Shown: one piece after another, positions 38,444 through 48,464 of the stretch | Position numbering within the stretch: position 1 is the first letter of the stretch | Layout of the letters: each line of letters begins with the position of its first letter | The notes under the pieces: model-generated | The model's database searches: none | What the model was told of the DNA's origin: nothing | What the model saw: the letters and a program-made list of their open reading frames with translations, nothing else | Program-made: the position numbers and the translations under genes | Assembly: GCA_051003195.1 (NCBI GenBank) | Contig: JBPCLP010000025.1 | Coordinates: forward strand, 1-64,000 | Length of the DNA: 64,000 nt | Reading direction: 5' to 3' | Source: Candidatus Sumerlaeaceae bacterium | GTDB lineage: Bacteria; Sumerlaeota; Sumerlaeia; Sumerlaeales; Sumerlaeaceae

Positions 38444-38625
38444 TCCCCTACCCCCTACCCACTACCCACTACCCACTACCCACTACCCACTACCCACTAC
38501 CCACTACCCACTACCCACTACCCACTACCCACTAACCACTAACCACTAACCACTAACCACTAACCACTAACCACTAACCACTAACCACTAACCACTAACC
38601 ACTAACCACTAACCACTAACCACTA
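38444..38625. repeat. Heptamer tandem array: 2 degenerate + 11 CCCACTA + 13 ACCACTA
   Basis: Counted directly; lies between convergent genes; preceded by AAAATTC heptamers at ~38413-38431. Confidence 0.95.
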
Positions 38626-38636
38626 CTCCCTGAACC

Positions 38637-39983
38637 CTAGTAAATCAGGAACTGCTTCCGCTCTTCGATAAACCGCTCGCGGGCGGGTTTCCAGCCGGCA
38701 ATGATTTCCTCAGCGGTTTTGCCGGATGCGATCGCAGCGCGAATGGTACCGTCGCCCATCACTTTATCGAACATCTTCGCGCGCGACTTCCCCACCTTCG
38801 TTCGGTCGTCGATCTTCAGGATGTTTTCTTTCGGGTAAAGCCGGTGAACAGCCTCAATGATGTGCATCCCGCTATCGACCGGTCGCACCGCGTCGTAGTC
38901 CGTGATCAGCGCCTGCACGCCGCCGCATCGCTTGTCTTTGTAAGTGCCGTAATACGGCTTATAATAAACCGGGCGGAAGTAGAGTCCGGGAAGTTTGCGC
39001 CGGTTGAGTTCGTTGGCGAAGGTAATGCTGTCGATCCATGGCGCGCCGATGTACTCGAACGGGGCAGGATAACCGACGCCCTCGTTCACGCTGTGCAATT
39101 CGCCGACGGTACCCGTCAGCGCAATGTGCCAGCACGTCTCAGGCTTCTGCATGTGCGTGGAGGTGGGGACCCATGGCAGTCCCGTGTCCCACCATTTCAT
39201 GGTGCGCTTCCAGCCCTGCATCGGAATCACGTGCAGCTCGCAACCGATCTTCAGGTTTTCGTTCATCCACTGTGCGGCCTCGCCGGGGGTCATGCCGTAA
39301 AGGTACGCGACAGGCGCCCAGCCCACAAGGCTGATGAGCTTTGGATCGAGAATGTTGCCGTCTACCAGGTCGCCCATCGGGTTTGGGCGGTCGAGTACCA
39401 GGAATGGAATGCCGCGCTCTTTGGCCGCTTCCATGCACATGCTCATCGTGCCCACGTAAGTATAGCTGCGGTTGCCGATGTCCTGGATGTCGTAGATCAG
39501 GACGTCGACGTTCTCCAGCTGTTTCATGTTTGGTTTGCGGATCGGCTTCTTGTTCTTGTCCTCGCCATGCAGGCTGAACACTTGAACCCCGGTGACCGGG
39601 TCCTTCACATTCTTAACGGCTTCGCCTGCCGTCTCAGCACCCCGGATGCCATGCTCGGGCGCGAACAGCGCGGTGAGCTGCCAGTCCGGGCTGCCGGCCA
39701 GCTTGTCGATGGTCGAAATGAACTTCGAGTCCATGCCCGTCGGGTTCGTGATGAGCGCAGTGCGCTTGCCCTTGATGAGCGAGGTGTATTTCGAGTCTTC
39801 GAAAAGCATCTCGTCGCCGAGCTTGACCTTCACTTTTGGCAGATCGGGCGGGTACAGGTTCGTCGGTTTCGACATGCGGTAAGTCTCCGTGGAGGTGGAG
39901 GTAGGCGCAGTCGTCTGCGCGGTGATGCGCATACAGCTGGCGCATGTAATTGCGATTAAGTAAAAGTGTATCTGGATTCTCAA
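38637..39983 (-). CDS. DUF1343 / NamZ-family exo-beta-N-acetylmuramidase
   Basis: LITNPTG, LFAPEHG.RG, DIQDIG.R.YTY, VLDRPNP, GMT.GE, W.R.M...TGLPWV.TS, PFE.IGAPW. Confidence 0.92.
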   Translation of the reverse strand: MRIQIHFYLIAITCASCMRITAQTTAPTSTSTETYRMSKPTNLYPPDLPKVKVKLGDEMLFEDSKYTSLIKGKRTALITNPTGMDSKFISTIDKLAGSPDWQLTALFAPEHGIRGAETAGEAVKNVKDPVTGVQVFSLHGEDKNKKPIRKPNMKQLENVDVLIYDIQDIGNRSYTYVGTMSMCMEAAKERGIPFLVLDRPNPMGDLVDGNILDPKLISLVGWAPVAYLYGMTPGEAAQWMNENLKIGCELHVIPMQGWKRTMKWWDTGLPWVPTSTHMQKPETCWHIALTGTVGELHSVNEGVGYPAPFEYIGAPWIDSITFANELNRRKLPGLYFRPVYYKPYYGTYKDKRCGGVQALITDYDAVRPVDSGMHIIEAVHRLYPKENILKIDDRTKVGKSRAKMFDKVMGDGTIRAAIASGKTAEEIIAGWKPARERFIEERKQFLIY

Positions 39984-40128
39984 GGGCCCATCCCGGAAGA
40001 GAATGAGTACGTCAGTGCTGATTGCTGTGAATTAAAGTCGCACTGCACCTTGGCAACGCAAATTTCCGTGAGGCCTACGTGGCTGTTAAAACCGTTTACT
40101 GCGGCTCGCGCGCGTTTGCGAGGGACGT

Positions 40129-40270
40129 CAGCCCAGGCTAAAGCCTGTACTCCGAACGGGGCTGTACTGCGAACGGCTGTACTGCGAACGGGGCGATTCT
40201 CGGTTGGTTGCGTTAGCCCAGGCTAAAGCCTGTACTCCGAACGGGGGTGTACTCCGAACGGGGCTGTACT
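40129..40270. repeat. REP-like cluster AGCCCAGGCTAAAGCCTGTACTCCGAAC (two copies plus GTACT(C/G)CGAAC subrepeats)
   Basis: Direct inspection; CAGGCT-AA-AGCCTG hairpin. Confidence 0.85.
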
Positions 40271-40391
40271 ATTAACAGGCCCTGTCCGTAATGAGAAAAC
40301 ACTTTACACACATGAGCACCAACTGCGCATTCGCCTGCGGCCCTGGAGAGCGGGTCAATTCTTTGCAGTAGCTTGAATGGAGTGGGGCAAA

Positions 40392-41984
40392 ATGTCGGCG
40401 CGTATCCTCGTAAGTGACAGCCTTTCAGACGAAGGCATGAACATCCTCAAGAACAGCGGCTACGAGGTGGTTCATAAGCCCGATATCTCGATGGAAGATC
40501 TCGCAAAGGAGATTGCCGACTACGACGCGCTGGTGATCCGCAGCCGTACAAACGTGACTGCCGACGTGCTGCAAAATGCCAAAAAGCTCAAGGTTGTGGG
40601 TCGCGCGGGAGTGGGGCTGGACAATGTCGACGTGCCTACGGCGACCAAGCTGGGAGTCATCGTGATGAACACGCCGGCAGGCAACACGCTTTCTACCGCG
40701 GAGCACAGCATGGCGATGATCACGACCCTGGCCCGCAGCATCCCGCAGGCGGACCGCTCGATGCACGAGGGCCGGTGGGACAAAAAGAAGTATGTGGGCG
40801 TGGAGCTTTACGGAAAAACGCTGGGCATCTGCGGCCTCGGACGCATCGGGAGCGAAGTCGCCCGTCGAGCGCTGGCGTACGGCATGCACATCCTCGCGTA
40901 CGACCCGTTCATGAACGAAGAAACCGTTAATCGCCTGGGAATTACAAAAGCGTCGGTGGAAGAGATTTGCCGCAAGGCGGACTTCATTACAGTCCACTCG
41001 CCTCTCAACCCGCAGACAAAGAACATGATCGGCCGCGAGCAGTTCGCGATGATGAAGAAGGGCGTGCGGATCATTAACTGCGCGCGCGGCGGAATCGTCA
41101 GCGAGGAGGCACTACTGGAGGCTCTGCAGAATGGCACCGTAGCCGGGGCTGCGCTTGACGTTTTCGAGACGGAGCCTCTCCCTGCGGATCATCCATTTCG
41201 CGCGATGGAGAATGTTGTGATGACGCCGCACCTCGGCGCAGCGACGAGCGAGGCGCAGGAGGGCGTGGCGCGCGATGTGGCCGAGCAGATTGTGGATGTG
41301 CTGGCGGGGCGGATCGTGCGAAACGCGATCAATGCGCCATCGGTGGAGCCGGCGATTCTCGAGCAGCTCGCGCCTTACATCGATCTGGCGCGGCGCATGG
41401 GACGCTTCATGTCCCAGTTTGTGAACTCCCCCGCCAAGGCGCTGCGCGTGTACTACAGCGGCAGTGTCCTGGATTACCCGGTGGCCAGCGTAACCACTGC
41501 GGCCGTCATGGGTTTCCTGGAGCCGATCAGCGAGGGGAACGTTATTAACTTTGTGAACGCCGGCCCGATCGCAAAAGAACGCGGGATCGAAGTTATCGAG
41601 CAGAAGTCGACCAAGCTCTACAATTTTGCGAATCTGATCACAGTGGAGATCGATGCCGAAGATGGCACGCAGCACTTCATTGGCGGTACGCTGTTTACGA
41701 AAGACAATCCGCGCATCGTTGTGCTGAACGACAAGTTCTTCGACGTGGTTCCCGAAGGCAACCTGATCGTCATTGAAAACCGCGATGTGCCCGGCATTAT
41801 CGGCAGTGTGGGAACACTGCTGGGTAAGCACCAGATCAACATCGCGCAGATGACATGGGGACGAACACAACCCGGGCATGACGCTATCACCGTAATTAAC
41901 GTGGATCAGGATGTGACGGAGGAAACGTTGAAAGAACTCGCCGCGCTGCCCAACATTATTACGGCAAAGCTGATCAGGATTTAA
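40392..41984 (+). CDS. serA: D-3-phosphoglycerate dehydrogenase (long form with ACT domain)
   Basis: GRAGVGLDNVD, GLGRIG, INCARGG, TPHLGA.T.EAQ, DVPGIIG ACT domain. Confidence 0.96.
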   Translation: MSARILVSDSLSDEGMNILKNSGYEVVHKPDISMEDLAKEIADYDALVIRSRTNVTADVLQNAKKLKVVGRAGVGLDNVDVPTATKLGVIVMNTPAGNTLSTAEHSMAMITTLARSIPQADRSMHEGRWDKKKYVGVELYGKTLGICGLGRIGSEVARRALAYGMHILAYDPFMNEETVNRLGITKASVEEICRKADFITVHSPLNPQTKNMIGREQFAMMKKGVRIINCARGGIVSEEALLEALQNGTVAGAALDVFETEPLPADHPFRAMENVVMTPHLGAATSEAQEGVARDVAEQIVDVLAGRIVRNAINAPSVEPAILEQLAPYIDLARRMGRFMSQFVNSPAKALRVYYSGSVLDYPVASVTTAAVMGFLEPISEGNVINFVNAGPIAKERGIEVIEQKSTKLYNFANLITVEIDAEDGTQHFIGGTLFTKDNPRIVVLNDKFFDVVPEGNLIVIENRDVPGIIGSVGTLLGKHQINIAQMTWGRTQPGHDAITVINVDQDVTEETLKELAALPNIITAKLIRI

Positions 41985-42009
41985 GTTCGAACAGCAAACT
42001 GCGACTTCG

Positions 42010-42438
42010 CTATCGCGTTCGCGTTTCGCGTTCGAAATCTTCGTCGGGTGGAGAGCAGTCGTATTCCGCTTCTGCTTCCTGCACGCGGTAACCACGGTTT
42101 CCAAGTTTCGTGAGCATTGCAGCAATTCGATTAAGGATCTGCTTCTGCTCGAAATTCTGTTCTGCTGAAAGAGCACCGCAGACTTCAAGAATGTCCTGAG
42201 CGGCAGCGCACTCTACAGCAGACCCACGAGCTATTTCAAAGTACCGGCGCCGATCTGCGTCGCCAGCCTTGCCATTTCCCTCGGCGATATTTAGCGGAAT
42301 GGATTGGGAGGCGCGCAAAAGCTGGTCCTTTACGTTCTTGTATTTCGGGGTCAAATCATTAACGTACTGAAATACCCAGGCGACATACTGCAGCGAAAGA
42401 CGATATACGTCTAGCTTCTCGTGGCCGAACAGCAACAT
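42010..42438 (-). CDS. Four-helix-bundle (23S IVS protein / Avd-like) protein flanked by 22-bp inverted repeats
   Basis: F.HEKLDVY, DQL.RAS.SIPLNIAEG, FEIARGS..EC; IRs at 42007-42028 and 42527-42548 (21/22). Confidence 0.92.
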   Translation of the reverse strand: MLLFGHEKLDVYRLSLQYVAWVFQYVNDLTPKYKNVKDQLLRASQSIPLNIAEGNGKAGDADRRRYFEIARGSAVECAAAQDILEVCGALSAEQNFEQKQILNRIAAMLTKLGNRGYRVQEAEAEYDCSPPDEDFERETRTR

Positions 42439-42564
42439 GTTGAGGCCTCCGATGCGTAATTGGAATTGCAGGAATTTAGAAGCGAAAAACAGCTAATCAA
42501 CGTTTACTGCTTAGAGTGGCGAACTTCGAGACGCGAACGCGATAGCGAGACGCGAAGTTTGGAC

Positions 42565-43659
42565 TTAAACCCTCTTCTTCCGGTTCCGAACGTAGTCGGT
42601 AAAGATGAAGGAGCCGAGGTTGTCAAGCGAGGCGTAGTACGCGCGGCCCTTGTTCGCCTTGGTCAGCTTGTCGACGAAGTCCTTCAGGTAGGGGTCGCTC
42701 GTCAGCATGAAGGTAGTGATGACGATACCCTTGCGGCGGCACTGGACCGCTTCGTTGATGGTCTGGTTGACAATTTTGGGGTCGAGGCCGAACGGGTTTT
42801 TGTATATCATGCCGCCTTCGAAAATCGCGCTCGGTTTGCCATCGGTAATCATGAAGATCTGTTTGTTCACCTGGCGTTTGGAGTTGAGGACTTTTTGCGC
42901 AAGCTCGAGCCCGGCTTTGGTGTTGGTGTGGAAGGGACCCACGCTGATGTAAGGCAGATCGCGCAGTGAGACAAGCTGCGCGTCATCGCCGAACAGGCCA
43001 ACCTCCAGCGTGTCCTTGGGGTAGCGCGTCTGGATGAACTCCGCCAGTGCCATTGCCACTTTCTTGGCGGGGGTGATGCGATCCTCGCCGTAGAGTATCA
43101 TGGAGTGGGAGATATCGACGAGCATCATCGTCGCGCACGAGGTCGCCTGTTCGCGGTGGTTCACCTCGAGGTCGTCCTCCTCCATGGTAAACTCTTCAAG
43201 CCCGTGCTTTCGGACAGCGTTCTGGATTGAACGGGTGAAGTCGATGTCATTCACCATGTCGCCAAATTGAAACCGTCGCGTCTCCGGCAGTTTCTCGCCG
43301 CCTTCGCCGGAGTAGTTGGTACGGTGACTGCCGCCAATGTTGTCGCGTTTTAGAGATGCAAAGATTTCCTCAAAGGCGTCGGTCCGAATCTTTTGCTCGC
43401 CCTTGTCGGTCAGCTCGAAGCGTTGCGTCTGGTCGTTGGATCGGACATAGTTCTGATCGTGGAGGTACTCCTTGAAGTTCTCCATGGTGAAGTTCTCATC
43501 GAAAAATCCGTAGCGCCTGCCGAGGTATTCCATCCACTTGAGTGCCTTCTCAACGTCGCCGGCGCTCTGTGTCAGCAGGTGTGTGAAGAGTTTCATCAGG
43601 TTCTTCAGCGTCATCTGCTGGGTGATGCTTTCGTCCCAGTGGCTATAACGTACGCGCAT
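42565..43659 (-). CDS. VWA-domain protein (type usually paired with a chelatase/MoxR-like ATPase)
   Basis: VDISHSM MIDAS, TPAKKVA.AL, HTNT, MITDGKPS. Confidence 0.88.
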   Translation of the reverse strand: MRVRYSHWDESITQQMTLKNLMKLFTHLLTQSAGDVEKALKWMEYLGRRYGFFDENFTMENFKEYLHDQNYVRSNDQTQRFELTDKGEQKIRTDAFEEIFASLKRDNIGGSHRTNYSGEGGEKLPETRRFQFGDMVNDIDFTRSIQNAVRKHGLEEFTMEEDDLEVNHREQATSCATMMLVDISHSMILYGEDRITPAKKVAMALAEFIQTRYPKDTLEVGLFGDDAQLVSLRDLPYISVGPFHTNTKAGLELAQKVLNSKRQVNKQIFMITDGKPSAIFEGGMIYKNPFGLDPKIVNQTINEAVQCRRKGIVITTFMLTSDPYLKDFVDKLTKANKGRAYYASLDNLGSFIFTDYVRNRKKRV

Positions 43660-43705
43660 GGCAGGAGCTACATCAAACCGAGTCTAAAATTGACCGCCCG
43701 CGTTA

Positions 43706-46636
43706 CTACTCGGCGCTGAAATAACTGACGTGTACGGGGACGGCCGCGGCAAACCCGTGATACTCGCCGGGATCGACATTGCCGTTGCCGTTTGTCGTAG
43801 CGGGAGCCTGCACGGCGCTCACCAGCACAGAGGCGTCGGCTGTGCCGTAGGCAACCGCCGCGATGTAAAGCGTGGGTGGGATGGCGGCCTGCGAGCCGTA
43901 AAGCTGGGCAAGGTCGACTGTGCCCTCGATCACCCCCGTCGCGCCGCCGTCTGCTTTGGCTGTCATGGCTGAAAGTGCCTGGGCCTGGGCGGCATCGAAC
44001 CAGCCAGAGAAGCTGTTGTCGACCTCGTCTGCCAGGAACGTCTTCCATGTGAGCACGCTGCCGCCCTTGGCCCACATAGCTGTGTGGCTGCTTGCTGCAT
44101 CGTTGCCGATGAGGATGAAGTGATCGCGCGAGGACGACGCTCCGTTCGTTGCGACGTAGAGCAGGTTTCCAAACTGCGAAGCCCAGAGCTTCAGACCAGA
44201 CGGGTTGTCAGCGCGCAGCATGGCATTGCTTTCAGCGATCCCATCCAACGTCCACGGCGAAGTCGGCGGCGGCACTCCCGCAGTGACACTGAAGTGCCAG
44301 TCCGCCCCGCCGTTGTTGTCCCAGTTCGAGCCGCCGTCGTTGGTCACCGCATCGAGCTGCGTGGCACTTGCCGAAATTGTGACGGTCGTCTCCCACCGGG
44401 CGGAGGTTGAATTCCATAACATCGTGAGATCCGGACTAACGGCGGCCCAATTGTTGATGCCGTAGTGGAGCTTCACCGTCACCGCGCTGGAGATTGGTCC
44501 GCCCACTGGATTGTACTGCATCATAGCTTGCTGTCCTGCGACTGGCGTGGCAGGTATTACGGTCATGCGCTGGCCGCCTCCACCACCGCCACCGCTTCCC
44601 GTCAGCGTGCCGACGTACACGTGCTGGATGACCGAGCGCGCGGTATTTCCCTGCGAATCGACCGCCTCGACGTAATAGTCGAGCAGCTTTCCTGCCTGAC
44701 CGGTGATTGCGGCACTCGCGTGATCCGCAATGTAGGTTGGAAGCACGCTGTAGTCGATTCCAGACTTGTTGTAGATGTTTGTCTTCGGGAAGGCGCGAAG
44801 ATTCATAGCAGTCGATTGCCAGGCTCCGACTTCCGCACCGCCCGCGAACGTCTCATTTTGTGTGCTGGCGATCGGGTTCTGTCCGTCGCCGTCGACGCGC
44901 CATTTCAACGAGACGCTTCCCAGTCCGCTCGCATCGGAGACAAACGTCCAGACGGTGAAATCTGGACCGAGGGTCTTCTGCACGTAGCCAGTCTCGACTC
45001 CAAAGTTCACCGCTCCCGGGTTGTACGGCCATCGCTGCGGCAGCCAGATGCTCGGCTCTGTAAGGTCGGTGAAAGAACTGCCCAGCACGAGGTTCGCATT
45101 GGTTACCGCTTCGTTGCAGCCCACGGTCGCCTTAATCTCCATGTCGCCGGGTGTGCCGTAGTAAACATTGCCGCTGTCGAGCGAGCCCAGGTAGTAGTGC
45201 CATGCACGCTCGACAGGGCTGGTGGAGGCGCCGGGACTGAGGATCTGGTCCAGGTCGGGAGCAACGCCGCTGACCCGCTCCGCAGTTCGAACGCGGTTCT
45301 CGGCGGCAAGCATTACCGCGTACTCACGCGGCTTCTCGTGCCAGCCGTTGACGGGATCGATCTGCCCGCTTGAATCCAGCAGGGGGTAATTCCAATTGAT
45401 GAACGTCGGGCTTCCGAAATCGCCATCTGCATTCACCCAGGGTCCATCTTCTACGTGAACAACCGCGCTGGACGGCACAGGATAGCTTGCGAGGTACTGC
45501 TGGATGGTAGTTGGCCCATAGCCAGCGGAGACGGCACTGCTGGCAAAATTCTGTACGTCGTTCATGTAGTAACTGAAGCCGCCACCGTAGGCATTATCCC
45601 CGTCGTGTGCGAGCAGCACCAGCATTGGGCGCGCAGGATCGTTAAAGGGAGTAACCGGCGACAGCTGGCCCGCGCCGAAAGACTGATATCCGTCGACCCA
45701 GCCAAACTCCTGCGCGGCGGGTACAACCACGAGCTTTTCGACAACGCCTGTATTTGGGTTTACCCATTGAGCCTGCTGCGGAGTGTACGCCAGCGGCGAA
45801 GCATTGGCAGGCGCGCACCCACGCGAGATTGTCTGGCGATAGTAATTTGTCTGGGTGGTATTCTGAACATCGGCTAAGTTTGGCGGCTGGCAGTTCTCTC
45901 CACCACTGCCGAACTGCAGGGGGAAATCGGCGCAAGCGCGAGAGATGTGATTGCCTGAGACAATGCTCCAGTCGATCCCCTGCGCTTTGAGGAGCGGGAT
46001 GAGGTGCTCGCTGAAAGCCATTTCGGTGGGGAAGTATCCGCGGGAAAGTTGCGCGGTGCTCAAGCCCCAGCGCTGTTCCATCTTGCGGCGCATGAGACGC
46101 AGTTCCATTTCCACAGTCTTGCTGGTTTGAAGCGGGCCCAGTGAATGATGGAACGTGAAGTTTACGATGTCGAGGCGTGGGTATGCGCCGCTGGTGGTCC
46201 AGCCGTGGGCCTGGATGAACGAGTTTTGCCAGCCGGCGAAATAGCTCGCCTGGTTTCCGGAAAGCGAATCGACATTCTCGATCAGCGAACCCGAGTACGT
46301 AAGCTGCGCGCCTGCATTTGTATGGCCGAGGAGGGTCTGTATACTGTCACGCACGCGGTACTGGTACGCGGCCTCGCGGTCATCCACTCCGAAGATGCCA
46401 CTCACATCATCAAAAGGATAAGAGCGTCCGCCAATCTTTGCCGCGATGGTGTCCCAGGCGACTTCATATCGGTCAGGCGCGGTGGCGCGCTTTCCGTTCC
46501 AGTAAATCGGCTGGTGCAGATGCCAGAGCCAGGTGGTTTGAACGGGCGCAGTAATGCCAGTTGTTGCGATGGCGAAAAAGGCGAACGCCGCGGCGGGGGA
46601 AGTGGCAATTCGAACGGTCATCTGCCGATAGGACAT
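43706..46636 (-). CDS. Secreted GH57/GH119-related alpha-glucan hydrolase with CBM25-like module
   Basis: WHLHQPIYW, FP.EMAFS, AHDGDN, VHVEDG.W; LHYG.NNW..WDNNGG.DW starch-binding pattern; tail VPVHVSYFSAE. Confidence 0.75.
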   Translation of the reverse strand: MSYRQMTVRIATSPAAAFAFFAIATTGITAPVQTTWLWHLHQPIYWNGKRATAPDRYEVAWDTIAAKIGGRSYPFDDVSGIFGVDDREAAYQYRVRDSIQTLLGHTNAGAQLTYSGSLIENVDSLSGNQASYFAGWQNSFIQAHGWTTSGAYPRLDIVNFTFHHSLGPLQTSKTVEMELRLMRRKMEQRWGLSTAQLSRGYFPTEMAFSEHLIPLLKAQGIDWSIVSGNHISRACADFPLQFGSGGENCQPPNLADVQNTTQTNYYRQTISRGCAPANASPLAYTPQQAQWVNPNTGVVEKLVVVPAAQEFGWVDGYQSFGAGQLSPVTPFNDPARPMLVLLAHDGDNAYGGGFSYYMNDVQNFASSAVSAGYGPTTIQQYLASYPVPSSAVVHVEDGPWVNADGDFGSPTFINWNYPLLDSSGQIDPVNGWHEKPREYAVMLAAENRVRTAERVSGVAPDLDQILSPGASTSPVERAWHYYLGSLDSGNVYYGTPGDMEIKATVGCNEAVTNANLVLGSSFTDLTEPSIWLPQRWPYNPGAVNFGVETGYVQKTLGPDFTVWTFVSDASGLGSVSLKWRVDGDGQNPIASTQNETFAGGAEVGAWQSTAMNLRAFPKTNIYNKSGIDYSVLPTYIADHASAAITGQAGKLLDYYVEAVDSQGNTARSVIQHVYVGTLTGSGGGGGGGQRMTVIPATPVAGQQAMMQYNPVGGPISSAVTVKLHYGINNWAAVSPDLTMLWNSTSARWETTVTISASATQLDAVTNDGGSNWDNNGGADWHFSVTAGVPPPTSPWTLDGIAESNAMLRADNPSGLKLWASQFGNLLYVATNGASSSRDHFILIGNDAASSHTAMWAKGGSVLTWKTFLADEVDNSFSGWFDAAQAQALSAMTAKADGGATGVIEGTVDLAQLYGSQAAIPPTLYIAAVAYGTADASVLVSAVQAPATTNGNGNVDPGEYHGFAAAVPVHVSYFSAE

Positions 46637-46786
46637 GCCAAGGCGTCCTGATAATCAACCGCCAAGTTAAACCGGTTTAAGATCGACTGGCAGATTAGGC
46701 TTGCGGCCATGCAGATATTGCACGGCAATAGCAGGGCCACCTTTGCTGAAAGGCTTTATTAACACCGCTATTTTTGAGAGACAGAG

Positions 46787-47728
46787 ATGACCATCTGTAA
46801 TGTTGAAGATTATACGTCTTCGGGTTGGGATTCCGCAGCAAGCGCGAGCCAGTCGGCGCGTGCGTACTGCGAGCACCTTGAGCGTGGCGAAATTCTCTAC
46901 TTCCCGCAGTCCCCGATCGCGTTGTCGCAGGAGGACCGGGAGTTTCTTTTGTCAGCGGAGCAAGCAGGTACCCGGCTGCACAAGAATATCGCATATCGGC
47001 CAGCACAAGATCGGGTGACCGGGCTCTCGAATGAAACGTCTGCCACGGACCTGGCGAATGTACGCGCCGTGATGGGGCGATTTTCCGGGAACGTGGTAAA
47101 GTTTGTCAGCGATTTCCTGAAGCCGTACGACGGAAAGTGGAAGCTGGACTACGCCAGCTATCGTCCAATTGAAGAAGAAGGACGCGATCTTGCAACGCGC
47201 TCGCGTAATGACCTTGTGCATGTCGATAACTTCCCCACCCGGCCAACAAATGGCGACCTGATCATGCGCGTGTTTCTGAACATCAACCCAACCCAGAATC
47301 GGGTGTGGGTCACTGGTCCGCCGTTTCATGAAGTAGTGGACGAACACGCCCCGAAGGCCGGTCTGGCTGAAGTGGCTGCACGCGTGGGGTCTGCGCTTGC
47401 AGGTGTCACGCGTACCGCCGTTCGGGCCAGGAAAGCGCTTGGTCTGCCGCTGATTGATCGCCCGCCCTACGACCAATTCATGCACAATTTTCATAACTAT
47501 ATGAAAGAAACGGAAGGGTTCCAGAAAACCGTACGGAAGGAACGCTCTGAGTTTCCGCCCGGTTCCACATGGATTGTGTTTACCGATAAGGTACCGCACG
47601 CGGTGATGTCGGGACGTTGCGCGCTGGAACAGACCTTTATCATTTCTAAAGAAGCCCTCGTGCTGCCGGAACTGGCGCCCATACGAATTCTCGAAAAGAT
47701 GACCGGCCAGGCACTTTCCCGGCGCTGA
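46787..47728 (+). CDS. Kdo hydroxylase family protein (KdoO-like)
   Basis: LE.G.ILYFP, KNIAY, HVDNFPTRPT.G..IMRVF.NINP, YD.FM..H..MK, FPPGSTW..FTD.V.HA.MSG..ALEQT. Confidence 0.88.
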   Translation: MTICNVEDYTSSGWDSAASASQSARAYCEHLERGEILYFPQSPIALSQEDREFLLSAEQAGTRLHKNIAYRPAQDRVTGLSNETSATDLANVRAVMGRFSGNVVKFVSDFLKPYDGKWKLDYASYRPIEEEGRDLATRSRNDLVHVDNFPTRPTNGDLIMRVFLNINPTQNRVWVTGPPFHEVVDEHAPKAGLAEVAARVGSALAGVTRTAVRARKALGLPLIDRPPYDQFMHNFHNYMKETEGFQKTVRKERSEFPPGSTWIVFTDKVPHAVMSGRCALEQTFIISKEALVLPELAPIRILEKMTGQALSRR

Positions 47729-47761
47729 GCGAACATGGCGTGATTAAAGGCATGTGCGCAC

Positions 47762-47791
47762 TGTATTACCAACTTAGCAGTTATGTATTAC
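47762..47791. promoter_or_regulatory. TGTATTAC direct repeats, candidate RHH autoregulatory operator
   Basis: TGTATTAC at 47762-47769 and 47784-47791, just upstream of the RHH antitoxin. Confidence 0.5.
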
Positions 47792-47806
47792 ATGCGAGAG
47801 ACAAAC

Positions 47807-48040
47807 GTGAAAACAATCTCACTACGGTTGCCGGATGAACTTGCCGTCGCGTTGGAGGCCGCCGCCAGGCGCCGCCGCGTCAGTACCTCAGCCTTCGTTC
47901 GTAATGCCGTTCAACACAGCCTGAATGACCAAAGCGAGCGCATCAGTTGTTTTGACCTGTCCGCTGATCTTGTCGGAGGATCCTCCGGCCCGGCAGATCT
48001 ATCCACGAATTCCCAATATATGCTGAACTTTGCTAAGTGA
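47807..48040 (+). CDS. CopG/RHH antitoxin
   Basis: KTISLRLPDEL...LE..ARRR..S.S..VR.A; GP.DLSTN..Y..F tail typical of VapB partners; start uncertain. Confidence 0.85.
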   Translation: MKTISLRLPDELAVALEAAARRRRVSTSAFVRNAVQHSLNDQSERISCFDLSADLVGGSSGPADLSTNSQYMLNFAK

Positions 48041-48456
48041 AGTCCCTCGATCTGCTCGATACCAGCTTTGTGGTCGCTCTATTGAACCGGAGCGACGCGC
48101 ATCATCATTGGGCAAAGTCACTTTGGACGGAATTAAAACCGCCTGTACTCACGTGCGAGGCCGTATGCGCCGAGACGATGCACCTGATGCGCAATTGTTC
48201 AGGTGGTGGACGTGAGCTTTTGGAGCTGATAAGCCGCGGCATCGTTGTAATCCGGTTCCAGGCCGGTGAACATGCGGCCGCTTTGAAACTGCTTATGCAA
48301 AAGTATGCAGATCTCCCAATGTCTTTTGCTGATGCATGCCTTGTTAGAATGGCGGAACTGGAGCCAAACTCCCGCGTCTTCACAGCCGACAGCGATTTCA
48401 CGATTTACCGTCGCCATGGACGACAAAGGATAATAACAGAATTGCCTCGCACCTAA
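48037..48456 (+). CDS. vapC: VapC/PIN-domain toxin (intact)
   Basis: LLDTSFVVALL..D.HH, TCEAV..E, M.KYADLPMSFADACLV.MAE, VFT.D.DF.IYR. Confidence 0.92.
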   Translation: MKSLDLLDTSFVVALLNRSDAHHHWAKSLWTELKPPVLTCEAVCAETMHLMRNCSGGGRELLELISRGIVVIRFQAGEHAAALKLLMQKYADLPMSFADACLVRMAELEPNSRVFTADSDFTIYRRHGRQRIITELPRT

Positions 48457-48464
48457 GCCGACTG

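Noticed and set aside
38844..39959. Long antisense ORFs (also 41112-42188, 55054-56151, 44465-45373, 10444-11316)
   Set aside because: Shadow ORFs opposite well-supported genes, expected at high GC
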